Below are positions 11,799 to 23,853 of a DNA stretch of 64,000 nucleotides, piece after piece. The position numbers and the translations under genes were made by a program. Below the pieces are notes generated by a model, which was not told the DNA's origin, did not search any database, and was given only the letters and a program-made list of their open reading frames with translations. Source of the stretch: Antedon mediterranea (Eukaryota > Animalia > Echinodermata); the NCBI RefSeq assembly GCF_964355755.1, contig NC_092677.1:17816101-17880100 (forward strand), in the 5' to 3' direction. The first letter of the stretch is position 1. Every line of letters begins with the position of its first letter.

Positions 11799-13078
11799 TT
11801 TATATATACAATATATATAGTTTTTTTAACTCTTTTTCGTATTGTAAATGTGAGAACTCACATTAAAAAAAAAGTGTACTGCTCAAATAAAGGTTACAGT
11901 TTCCACTAAAGAAGTGGAGATAAACCCTCACCCCAAGCTATTTTAATAATCGCCAATTGTTATAGTGTTCAAATAAAATGTATTGCTCTTGTTAATCTAA
12001 ATGAATCATTTGTATTGGATCTGTCAGTGTTAGGAAAGATTCGCAATTGTCAATTAACATGTTATTATAAAATTTATTGCAGTTATAACAGGAAAAAAAA
12101 TTGTCTACATTGCAGAATACAGATGGATTTTTTTGGATGTCAAAACACAGGTTGATCTAGGAACATGCAATGAACAGGTGAAAAAACTAGAAAATTGCAA
12201 TTTGTTTCAACGGAAAAAATCAATGCTTTCCTCTCGTATACATGTGTCGCTACAGACAAGAAAATATATCAGCCGTATTATTAACTGGTTCATTGTGTTT
12301 ATTATGGGGACCTGTCACATTTTTTTATGTTATAATTAATTACTTGGCAATATTAAATAATGGTAGGTGCGAAGTGACCATGAACAAAGTAGGTATCAAC
12401 GATGTGTATTGTCGATCCTCTGTTTATTTATAACAAAAAAAGACATGAATAGGAGTTAAACATGTGTTCAAATTGTTTTAATTAAGTTCCTCTTCCAAAA
12501 AAAAAAAGATTTTGTGGTCAAATAATTCTTTGGCTATAAAATTAGTTAAAAACATTGGCAGGAAAACACAATTTTGTCTTTTTATAAAGTAAAATCATTG
12601 TTTTCGTTTTTTAACGGAACTGATCTTGATTAAACTGCAAAAAGGCATATATTCCAAGTCTGATTTATTAATCTTCATTTTTGTTTGTTTTTCGGGGACA
12701 ATAACTCTTTAATTAGTGGGCCATTGATTTAAAGCATTTTAGGTTTCAATGATAATTTTTAGAATATATATGATTTATCAAATAATAAATATTATCATTA
12801 AGATTATCAGAGTTTTTAAGTTTATACATTTTTTATTACTTATTTTCTATGTTCTACATATTTCTATTAGATACAAAAGATAAAAGGTTAATTATATTTA
12901 AAATGATTAATTTCTTTATAAAATGTATTCAATATATCATATTCTTTAACTTTTGATTATCACCTTTAGAATACACAATATATTTTTTTACATTTTGGAA
13001 TTAATTGACTTATGATAGCTACAACATAAACTTAAGGGAATAATAAATAAGGGAATTTAAGGGAATACACATTTAATA

Positions 13079-13137
13079 AAAATGATATGCCAAAATAAAA
13101 GACTATAATGTAGTCTTTTATTTTGGCATATCATTTT
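13079..13137. repeat. Perfect palindrome, 27-bp arms
   Basis: aaaatgatatgccaaaataaaagacta-taatg-tagtcttttattttggcatatcatttt. Confidence 0.85.
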
Positions 13138-15148
13138 ATTTGATTTGATCTACATTATTTAAAAAATCATTTTCATATTGATATGAAAAAAAAGCCACAG
13201 AAAACAAAATAGAAGTAACACTAAAATAGAAAAAATTATTTTGAAAATTATTTGTAGTTATTGTATATATTGTTATACTCTGCCATAATGTATGTTATGA
13301 CTGTCAACCTACATTTATAATGTTTACTATGTGAATAATAAATGGTTATAAACAAATACATTTTGATTGATTTTTTAATATTTATTTTTGTACTGTTAAT
13401 ATAAAGTGATTTCCGATATAAAATTATATAAGAGCATGACTAGTGAGCAACATTGAGCCCTCTATAATGTATCAGTTCATTCAGCCAGATAGCCTCTCAG
13501 ATTGTTCATGCGAATCATTAATCATAATAGGAGTCTGGGTTATTATGACACTCAATTTTAATAGATTTCTTTTTATTACCGAGTTCACATTTTTCATAAT
13601 TCATTACTTTTTGTCGTGACATCGACATAAAACACGGTATTTCAATGAAGGATACAGCAAAGAGTAACGACCGGTTTTCAGGTTTACCTTCCGTGCTCAA
13701 CTGGGTCATCGGGTTTTAACGGGTGAGCACACGCTTTGACCAGTTATTCAACTTGAATGTTATACAACTGTTTTTACTCTATCAGTACGGCATATATTGG
13801 TAGACTTGTGGCAGACTCTTCATTTCCTTACCATGTTAATTCACCTTTTATTTAATCTTGTTTACCTGTTTAAACTTGATATCCGAATTTGGTAAAAGGA
13901 TTGAATAAACACAACAATTAGTCATTGATTGGCCCTCTATTTAATTTCCTCTGCTATTTTACAGACTGGTAAAGTAATAAATATTGTGTCAAAAAACAGT
14001 GTATAGGAAAGACGCGGCCGCGTTGAAAACGAAGATATCCAGGAAGCGATTGACACAAGAATAACACGTTGTAGGCATTCATAATGTGTGATTTCACATG
14101 TCCCAGCTCTTACAAATTTCCTGAATTGACAAGCCCACATTGTTATTAACATAGAAAATTTGCAAAGGCAGATTTATCAATGAGTTTACAGACACCTGCC
14201 TAACGATCGTACTAAAGTACTTGTTTTTGACCGGATAACAACTCAAAACATGTCACAACACCCCAGCAGCATGGCAGAGTGAATTCAAGTGATATATATT
14301 GCCTACAGTATTTGCTTTAGAATTAGGTTTAATGCGTAACACTGCTAAATTGGGTTACAAACAACTGCCTAATATACTGGTAAATTGAATACATACTTTT
14401 ATTATATTATAACTTTTAACTAAAGGCATCATAAAAAAAAGTACAAATTAAGACTGGGAATCAACAACAATAACATAATGAGAACAGAACCTTTATTTTC
14501 AAAATAGGTACAGTATAATTTCTTTATTATAAACTCAAATTTGTAAATAAAAATGAAAAACAAAATCAAATCATTAGTGAAATGAAATAAAAATAATAAT
14601 GAAAGACAATAATATTCAGGGACATGTATTTTAATTGTTATAAAATGTACATTAAATATGTGTGTATTAATATACATTTAATAATACATACAAATAGTAT
14701 CGATCATGATTATATTATATTATAGAATATATAAATATTACAATTACAATCTCAACTACAATGTTATAGTTAAACTCTTTCTGTATACAATTTTTCTTTC
14801 CATGTGATGCATGTGTGTATTTACATAGGAAAATATCTAACAACATAAAAAATGTACTATTTTTAAAACCTGTCTCGAAAAATATAACAAATGACTGTTT
14901 AGACATTTACACAAGATTACAAGAATCTTTAAAATCAGAGTGTGTTATTAATGTGTTGTATAATTCAAACACAATTACCACTCCCTCAGGCCAATATGCA
15001 AAGGCAACCTCGACTACGATTTGCACCTGCATGCAAAAGCTTGTACGAATATTTATCACTACTTGTCTGAAACCTTTGAAGCTAGATTGCAGTTTATATC
15101 ATTAGAAATTCTATAAAGAAAAATAAATAAACTTTCTTTCATATAAAC

Positions 15149-15196
15149 CAAGGAAGAGTAAAATTATATAATATATTATAATTTTACTCTTTTCTG
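15149..15196. mobile_element. Ultra-short hAT-like palindromic element with 8-bp TSD
   Basis: ATATAAAC|caaggaagagtaaaattata...tataattttactcttttctg|ATATAAAC. Confidence 0.65.
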
Positions 15197-15384
15197 ATAT
15201 AAACAATTACTAATTTTCTCAACTTTTAGAATGTACTTAATTCTGTTCTTATATTTTGTATACACTATTATGCAATATCAAACAATGGCATTACAATTCC
15301 AAGTTAGACTGAAGATCATTGATTTACAAAAATGCAAAGCAAGACACAGAACAAACATATTGACAATAAAAGCAACTAAAGCTA

Positions 15385-15729
15385 TGGTAGGTGTCTAGGT
15401 CCTAATTTTCAGTCTAGGACTTACTCATTTTCTCCTCCTCCTCCATCTGGACACTATTGAGTAAAAAGTGCGATTTATAAAGTACTACTCCTCCCTTATT
15501 CGTTGTAGTATTGAGCTGGGATTTGGCATGAATATACTACAGGGACATGCTATAGAGCCGGATTTTTAAATTTCAAACCGGATGCAGCCATTTTATGTCT
15601 CGAAGATGGTACGGTATAGCCGTATTTGGTAGCGAGGTTATTGATGTGTGTGTGACGTTACATCCGGTCTTATGACGTCATTACAGCTTCTTTTGCTGTA
15701 CCCCGAGTATCGCACATTCGTGCTTGTTT
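15385..15729. mobile_element. Possible second HINE-like element
   Basis: Short inverted gtccta/taggac plus (CCT)n at one end, and a CTTGTT terminus at the other; single copy in the window. Confidence 0.35.
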
Positions 15730-15749
15730 ATACTGCGGAGCAAAAAGTT

Positions 15750-17000
15750 TGAACTTTGCTGATGATACTAATTTAAGACATACAAACCTAAATTATCTAA
15801 ACAAGTAAACAATGAACTAAAAAAACTGGATTGCATGCAACAAATTGATTTTAGGCATTGACAATTTAACTAATTTTACTTTATTTAAAAGTAAAATGAC
15901 AAAAAATTGCTACTTTTAATTGCTAACAATTACTAATAATGTAATCTCTTATACAACCACCAAAAAGACACCTACCATATATTTCGGTGTATAAGTCGCA
16001 CCTGTGTATAAGACGCACCCCCTAACTGAGAGTAAAATATCGGTATTTTTTATATCGTCGATGTATAAGACGCACCTTATATTTTATCAAAACCATGTTT
16101 TTTTTAAATTGTAATCAATATTATTGTAATAATATATTTTGTTATATCTACAACGGCATCCTTTATTTAGGTTTTTTCTTACCTAGGCTCGGCCGCGCCC
16201 AGCCTCAACAAGTTGTTTCTAACTTGTTATTCATGAGTTTCGCACCCGCAACATCGAGTGCATGACCGTGTGTGTAACACGCACGTTTTCACGGACAATC
16301 GTATTCGATTAGTATCTATGTATCCGAGAAGTGTGTACGCTAGGTCCATGCTATAATCACCTGGAGAATATACTAGTCGAATACCGTACAACATGTGGCC
16401 GCCCAAGAAGGGCTTGTGCTGGGGGTACGGCGGTCGGCAATCGTGCGTATAACTATAAATAAATACTAGGTTTATTCCAATCGTAAATGTTTACAAATGA
16501 AATTTTATCGGAGCGCCTAAAACAGCTCCATAATAAACAAATCTTTTCATCATATTTAGTATAACATCACGCTAAAATGCCTTGAAAACTAGGCAGAAGC
16601 AGGTTGCCCCGTTACGTTAGTACACTGTAGCTAGGCCTAGCCTACTCAGGCCTAGCCAACGAGGTGACGATATGTACACTTCTGTGTGGTGAGGCATTTA
16701 TGTTCGGTGTATAAGACGCACCCTTAATTTAGAGGTCAAATTTGCGTGTCAAAAGTGCGACTTATACACCGAAATATACGGTACACTACACCGGGTTCAA
16801 TGCTATTTCTTATGGACCAAAACTTTGGAACTCATTTCCTGAAATTTGGAAAGCTCTTTTTTGAAATCCTGGATTTTCCACTGGCAATTTTAAAACATAG
16901 CATAGGTGTTTAGCACCTGTTTGGTCTTTCCTTGCCTTTTACCATTTGTTTTGGTTTTTCTATGTATTGTATATGGCAGAAATTGAATAAATAAAAACAA
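15750..17000 (+). pseudogene. Decayed CR1/L2-group LINE ORF2 3' fragment, split by a MITE
   Basis: FADDTNL at 15755, frameshifted VNNELKK..W..NKL, and GPKLWNSFP at about 16814-16840 after the MITE; AATAAA-rich tail near 16990. Confidence 0.65.
15975..16781. mobile_element. pogo/Tigger-like MITE
   Basis: TA|CCATATATTTCGGTGTATAAGTCGCAC ... GTGCGACTTATACACCGAAATATACGG|TA; internal repeats of tgtataagacgcacc. Confidence 0.85.
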
Positions 17001-17882
17001 ATACAAAAAAACTGGTAAACCAGGTAGAAACTGATGAATAACCAATCAGGGCTTAGTACTACAAATGGATAATCACACAATGATTTTGATTTGTTTTCCC
17101 ATGTTTTTTTAAATAAAATTTATTAGTTAGAGTAGATCTGAGCACATTGTTTTTGTCAAAGTCTATAATAAAAGAATGGAAAGAAATAGAAAAAAAACAA
17201 GCTTTTAACTGTTATTTTCACACCAGCTTACCGCACTTGAAAGCATTAAGTGTGAAATGTTCACAGTTACATGGTAGGATTAACTTACTGTTTGATTTGT
17301 AAACACAATGAAGAATCTAATGATTTAATCCCAATGTCTTTTTTACTAAGTATCTTGCATGTGGAGTTAATTAAAGCACTACGCTGCTGGTGGTACTGGA
17401 TGTAGTGAATAGAAATGGTACACTCATACAAGCTGGCATCGTGCTATAAAATGGATAAGCCAGGCTCATGTACGTGGGATTTCTGTAGACAAGGCATTGA
17501 AGAGGGTGCACCTGGGTATGTGAAAAGAGGATGGCTGGTGACAATAAAGGACTTCTAAAAGAAGGGTTTCATAAAAACTTGCTTCTAAGTGGCTGTTCAT
17601 TAGCTACAATTACAGTAGTATATAGTCACTGCATTTGTAACCAGGCCTACTTTTGTTATAAATTACATTTTTATATCATATCATTTAAATGGATAGAACA
17701 AAATATGTTAAAAATGGAAGCAGCCTTTTGGTGTGTTACAGAACAGATAATGAATGTTTCATATTATTCAAATAGGATAAATAGGCCTACTGCAAGTAAA
17801 AAAACTGTTTTAACTTTCACTATTCTCCTCATCCATTTTGTGTATAATATTAAAATTATGTTCACATCTCTACCCACAGATG

Positions 17883-19207
17883 CAGTGGCGGATCTAGAGG
17901 GGGGTGAATAGGGTGGCTAGCCACCTCCCTTAATTCTCAAAAAAAAAAAAAGATGCAACCTACCCGCGATTGACGGTCACTAGACGTGGATTAATCTTTT
18001 AATTAAGAAGAGTTAGCCTAGGCCTAGCTAGGCCCTACTAGAGCTAGGGTTAGCACTAATAGTTGTGTAAATAGGCCTACACAGTGAAAGAGTTCAATTA
18101 CTATTATGAATTCAAGAGCTTAAAAAGAAAACGAGATTTAAATCTTCGGAAAATACCCACAACTGAGTTATTTTCACAACACACGCACTCCTAAAACTAC
18201 CAGCGTCACGTTGTGTAGCTCGCTCACATCGTGTGAATACTGACGTCATCACTCTCCAAAAATACACCATTTTCCATTGGCATTGCAGTTAATTTCCGCC
18301 GCCCTCTGGTCCACGGCGTGTGCAAGCGTTAGCGTGGTATATTTACACCCCTGAGAGTGTAAAATCGGGAACTTTTTTCACGCGCAAGAAGGTTTTTTGT
18401 ATAATATTATAGTATGCAGTATAAACGATAAAAATAAACGAGAAACATGGTGTTCTTTTATTATTTTATGGGCATAAAATAAACATAAAATGTCTTGTAC
18501 GTACACGTGACGGCCGAAAAAAAGTATGTGGCGTATTTGTTGTTTTTTGATTTGTGTTATAGACACGGCGATTACTGAGTTATTCACCAGGCTGTAGGGT
18601 ATATATCTCTGAGATTAACAGATCACCAAAACACGGTACACATGCACTATGCCGCGTGTGGCGCAGTGTGTTGGACGTTGGACTACCGATCGTCAGACCT
18701 AGGTTCGAATCCAACTCTCGCCGCATTGCTTGTATCCGTAGGCAAGATACTTTACTTACGTTGCCTCTCTCCACCCAGGTGTATAAATGGGTACCCAGTT
18801 AGATCTAGACACAACTTTGCGCTGGTTACCGGCTGCATTATGGGAGTATGTTTCCATACGTGTTTGATCCCAAAAAATACTGGGGTAATAATCCTTGTAA
18901 AGCGCCTTTGAGCATGATTACTCATGAAAAGGGCGCTATATAAATGTGGTATTATTATATATATTATTATATTACCAAATGTTCATTTTGTTTGAAGGTT
19001 TTTCGATCAAAGTTAATTATTAGTTCGTCGAAAAAGATTCGTACAGTATTTAGGAAGGATTTATTTAAATTTACATTATGTAATATTTGTTATTAAGTGT
19101 GATGGAAACAGTTTCTCTAGCCTATTAAACAGTGTGTAAGCTTCTATTTTTCAAAAATGTTTGGAGCCTTTTTCACCACCCCTCGTTAGATCCTAGATCC
19201 CCCACTG
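17883..19207. mobile_element. hAT-like non-autonomous element with 5-bp TSD, copy A
   Basis: AGATG|CAGTGGCGGATCTAG ... CTAGATCCCCCACTG|AGATG; about 1 kb homologous, in inverted orientation, to 23854-24973. Confidence 0.88.
18651..18970 (+). mobile_element. tRNA-derived SINE (CORE-like body, L2-like tail) nested in copy A
   Basis: A box TGGCGCAGTG, B box GGTTCGAATCC, body ggcaagatacttta..ctccacccaggtgtataaatgggtacc, tail gtaaagcgcctttgagca..ggcgctatataaatg(tat)n. Absent from the sister MITE copy. Confidence 0.85.
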
Positions 19208-20925
19208 AGATGAGTATAAATACAACAAAGCCTTTAATAACATATAGTCTTAAATTTAAGCGACATGTTTTGAGAATCATATAACCATCAATAATTTCAT
19301 TATTTTATTTTTGTCTCAAAATGGTACATAAAAATACAATACCCAAGAAAAAAAAAAAAAGCAGAGACAGGATCCCAAAAGCGGACTATTCTCCATCTAG
19401 TGGCAGTGGAATATCCAGAATGTTGGTGTTGGTATTATTATTTTGCATTACAATGTCCAAAATAATTTCTTGAGGGGTGAGGTAGTAGGTCTTCAATTGT
19501 AACGAAAGAAAACATTTAAAATATAAAACATCATAATACGAAAAATTGACTTTTTTAATAGTATTGTATTTTAAAGTTGAAATCAATCTTAAGGGCAAAC
19601 ATGACATACATGATGACTAAAATTCATATCAGGTCCTAGCGAGATGAGTTTTCACGCAAAATGATTGATTTTACATTACTTCAAATTGTATGACATGTAC
19701 AAGTATTCAAATTAAATTTTAATTCAAATAGACTTTTTCAAAATCTTAACACCTTTAGGAAAGTTAACTCTTTTATTTACATCCAGATGAGCAAATCAAT
19801 CTAATTCTCTCATAAATACATAATGAGTGCGTTTTTAAAATTTCATGAAAATGCAATCATAACACATGTGTTGTATTTAATGACAAGCTTGAAAACATTT
19901 GTGAAGTATAAGATACTAAGTTTTTGATGTACAGTACAGTCATTAAACAGGGGCGTGAGTAGGGTTTTATTTTGGGAAACATGTGCATACGGCATTGCAA
20001 AATGTGATGAAACCCAAAAAAGCAACATTTGAACTATTGATATAGTATTAGTAAATATGTATTATGAAATGAACATTTGAAGTGGTACAAAACACTGGTA
20101 GTAGTTAACCGAGAACACACTCCTAAAGACATTGTTGACCTTGTGTTAACACGGAGGTTAAGGCAAGTTTAATAGGTAGATTTGAATCATTTGAAGTACA
20201 CACAAATAATAGATTATTTACAGAAATATGATATCCAACAGATGGAAGGTGGTTTATAAAACATTCAAAAGACATGATGATTTTAGAAGTACACACAAAA
20301 TAATTGATCATTAACAGGAATATGAAATATGTATCATGTTGAAAGTGAGTGTAGTAGCTATGCAATATAATATTACTATGGGCCGGTATCTGCTGCATAA
20401 AAATAACCGGTTAGAATAGGTGAATAAATTAAATTTTCTTGGGAACAGAAACCGGACAAATTTGTGGTAACCAGTTAAAAGGCAGCATAAAAACCCATTC
20501 AATTCGGTGTTCAACTTTTAGCTGCAACACAAAATAACAGTTGCTGACCTCGAAAAACTACATTGCAGTAACATTTGAATTAACCGCCATGACTAATTGC
20601 ATTATGGGTAATTTTAACAAGACCACCCACTGATTTAACCGGTTATTTCGGAGCACAAATTAAGCATAAAATGCGGTGTATTTGTTATTTCTAAAATATT
20701 TTAAAATAAACGATAAATTTGTGTTATGCAGCTGAAACAGACATTATGAAAGCCTGAAATTCCCTTCTCACACAAAGTACGGCAATGTGGTAGTATGGAA
20801 TCTGACATTATTGCTGGTCTACAATATACGTAGAAATGTATTCTGGTAATCGGCCAATGAAAGATTAAAAGGTGGAGACATTACAGATAAAAATAAGACA
20901 ACACAAATAAATGTTGTGTTCCACT

Positions 20926-21097
20926 GCAGAAATGGAAGAATGGATGAACCCCTTTCATACTGATAAAGCTGAAATGGAAGAATGGATGAGCCCCTTTCAT
21001 ACTGATAAAGCTGAAATGGAAGAATGGATGAACCCCTTTCATACTGATAAAGCAGAAATGGAAGAATGGATGAACCCCTTTCATACTGATAAAGCTG
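20926..21097 (+). repeat. Minisatellite, 4 x 42 bp
   Basis: Unit gc(a/t)gaaatggaagaatggatgaacccctttcatactgataaa. Confidence 0.95.
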
Positions 21098-21631
21098 AGA
21101 CCATGGAAGATACTATTATTATGGGAAATTCTTAATCGCATATGCAAACATCTCAATATTTAATGAAAACATCAGTCTAGTAAACAGGTTTTCTATGACA
21201 TGCTTCAGAAAAATGTGTTTTTAATGGTAAAAAAATGTGTTTTTTGGATAGTTTCTGCTTTTCAGGGAATCTGGTATTAAGAGAGTTCTATTTTTCTTTG
21301 TATATTTACCCATAAATATAAATTATTGTAACATACAAATAATAACAATTTTATCAAGGGAAAGGTTAAAAAATAGTTAAAACTAATAATGACTTTAAAA
21401 ATTGAAGTACACACATAATTGATTACCGTATGTTCAAGAATAGGATATTTCATATATAAATACAGAGAATGTGGAAGCTTATAAATAAAGTATTCATGTT
21501 AGGCCTATAACAAAAAGATTATAAAGTCATCAAAGTCACTAAATGGTAAAGTAATAAAAAAACAAGTTTAAACATCACATTATACACTAACAAATCAAAT
21601 TTGTAAGGTGGAAATAAACAAACACATTAAA

Positions 21632-22478
21632 AACTAGAAAGCCACTCCGAGAGTGCATACCTCCACAGGCCCGTAGCCAGAATGCATCAGAGGGGATTTT
21701 CTTGACACAAATTATTTTGCGAGGGGTCCAAGGATTGAAGGCCCTTGGAAGCTTTGGCTCTCAGAGCAATTTCGGTTGTTTTAATCAGCTTACAGAGGCA
21801 TTTTTTACCTACTAAAATCTGAGTTATGCAGAGAAATTATATAGTACACTACAGTATTCTATAATTGATAAATTGCACGATTTTGGAAGTTGGGCCGCCG
21901 CCTTTGTTTTTCAGGGGGGGGGGGGGGGAGGGTTTACTGGTAAAAGCGTGGTTTGCGCAAAAGGGGGGTTCGCCCGAACCCCAAAAAAACCCCCTGGCTA
22001 CGGGCCTGCTCCGCCTACTGTAAAATTCTTCTACATCAGATTCACCGGAAAGTGTGTGTCTTAATGCTGTGTGTGATTTAGGCTAATTTCACTACTAATT
22101 AAGCATGTGTATGCAAGTTTTGTGTAAAGGTTATGTAACCCGCCTTTCAACTAACAATAGCTTCAGCCGATAGAACAGAAACGCGAAAAGTAAACTTGTG
22201 AGTGAATTTGAAAAGAAATAGGGTTTGAAACTACTCGCATCAAAAAACTTTACTTGTTACTTTTAAGACTGCTCACCGGCATTTGAAATTTCTGTCCTAT
22301 CTTTTAACACTAGCAAGTCTGAAAATAATTTTAAAAAGTGGTCCAGAATTGGGACCGTGGTCCGGATTGCCTCCAAAATTTAATGGAGTGGTTCTTGACC
22401 ACATATCTATTTGTATTTTCATTTTGGGAAAGATCTTTTAATTATGATTGATTACATATATCTCCTTGGCGGAGGTAA
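21632..22478. mobile_element. HINE-like element, copy 2 (interrupted)
   Basis: Same termini as 11146-11798 (actagaaagccactccgagagtgcatacctcc ... ttggcggaggtaa); internal deletion; MITE inserted at 21666. Confidence 0.75.
21666..22008. mobile_element. hAT-like MITE nested in HINE copy 2
   Basis: 15-bp TIRs CAGGCCCGTAGCCAG/CTGGCTACGGGCCTG; flanks CTCCA/CTCCG (5-bp TSD, one mismatch); empty site visible in copy 3. Confidence 0.85.
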
Positions 22479-22844
22479 AAAATATGGTATGGATATTATA
22501 TGTATGTATCTGACAGAATATGAACTATGATATGTTAAAAGTACTATATAAATCTATTGTAAGGTTAAAAGGTTAGAATTATATTATGTAAACAATACAT
22601 CATTTATATTTCTGAAGGTACTACTTTATATTAAATAGACCATCTGTAACATGGATTACATAGATTTTAATTGCACGTGAATAATTTTTTCTATTCAATT
22701 TTGCCATGAGTTCAATGTATTGGTTACATACAGATATAATTACCTGCTTCTATATGATATCTTTATATTTTTTGTTACTTTCCTTATTCATGTTAGAATT
22801 GAGAAAGACAAAGACGAAGAAATATATATATGCCAGACAATTAA

Positions 22845-23033
22845 TTAAAAATCCCGTTTGAAACAGCTAGGCTCAAAATGGTCCGAACATACCGCAACAT
22901 GCGGATTGTCTCGCTTAATGTTCACTAGTCATTTTTTCAACCGGACAGGTCGGTTCAAAGGTAGCCTACGACAGCTGATATTCCTTGTAGAATCCGTCTT
23001 ATTTGTGCAGCCAAACGCTGTACAAAAGACCAT
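22845..23033 (-). pseudogene. THAP (C2CH) zinc-finger domain remnant, likely from a DNA transposon
   Basis: MVFCTAFGCTNKTDSTRNISCRRLPLNRPVRLKK*LVNIKRDNPHVAVCSDHFEPSCFKRDF*. Pattern C-x4-C, P, (W replaced by TGA at 22929-22931), CSxHF. Confidence 0.8.
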
Positions 23034-23853
23034 TATTGTAATAAACACAGTACAGAATACAAAAGAAAGGATTATTTTAGCAATAAAAGTACCAATAGAT
23101 ATAGGGGAAGCAAAGTCCCTAACCATAGTTAGTCCCCTCCCATTAACCAGCATATGAGCCTGAGTAAAAAAACTATTTGTAGAACCTTGAAACTGAATAC
23201 ACATGTAAACTATTATTACAATCCATTGCTTGAGTTGAAAGGCTTTAGGACCTTGTTATAATAATATATTTATATTATGATCTGCTTGATATTGGGGATC
23301 ACATTGTGATAGCTGTTACATATTCCTTTTGTGCAACACATCATTGGTATCTACAATCTATACCACATTAAGTCCAAAAATTATGAGAACATTTCTGCTA
23401 CAAAGTCATTGTTTGTTGGTAGGCATTGCACTGCTAGCAGCTGTTGGTTAGGAGGGCCTAATCCGAATTTCCAGTTAGGCTTGAGGAAAAAAAAAAAATT
23501 TAGTCAACTGGTTGTAACTTTTAGGTTACATTTAGGCCTGTTTATTTGTCTATTCTATAAACGAATTCATAATTTTTTTTTTATTAAAACAAATGGCCGA
23601 TTCAAATTTTGATTATATTCTTCCATATTTGTCATTTTTTGGGGGATAATATATCTTTTACATATTGTAATGTATCTGCTATATGAACTTTAAGTACTTG
23701 AAAATGTCATTATACAGTTAAGAGGTTTGAATTTTGTTTATATAAACAACTAGAAAGCCACTCCGAGAGTGCATACCTCCGCCTACTGTAAAATTCTCCT
23801 ACATAAGATTTCTCCGGGAAAAAATATATTTATATATATATATTTGTTAGTGT

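Noticed and set aside
17531-17911. 126-aa ORF and other short ORFs in the track
   Set aside because: Low-complexity AT-biased composition, no recognisable domain, and several run across transposon boundaries.
20881-21156. Repetitive ORFs on both strands (AEMEEWMNPFHTDK)n
   Set aside because: A by-product of a 42-bp, stop-free minisatellite; no splice or homology support.
22929-22931. In-frame TGA in the THAP remnant as selenocysteine or recoding
   Set aside because: It aligns to the conserved Trp, not a Cys; a TGG-to-TGA mutation is simpler and I see no SECIS.
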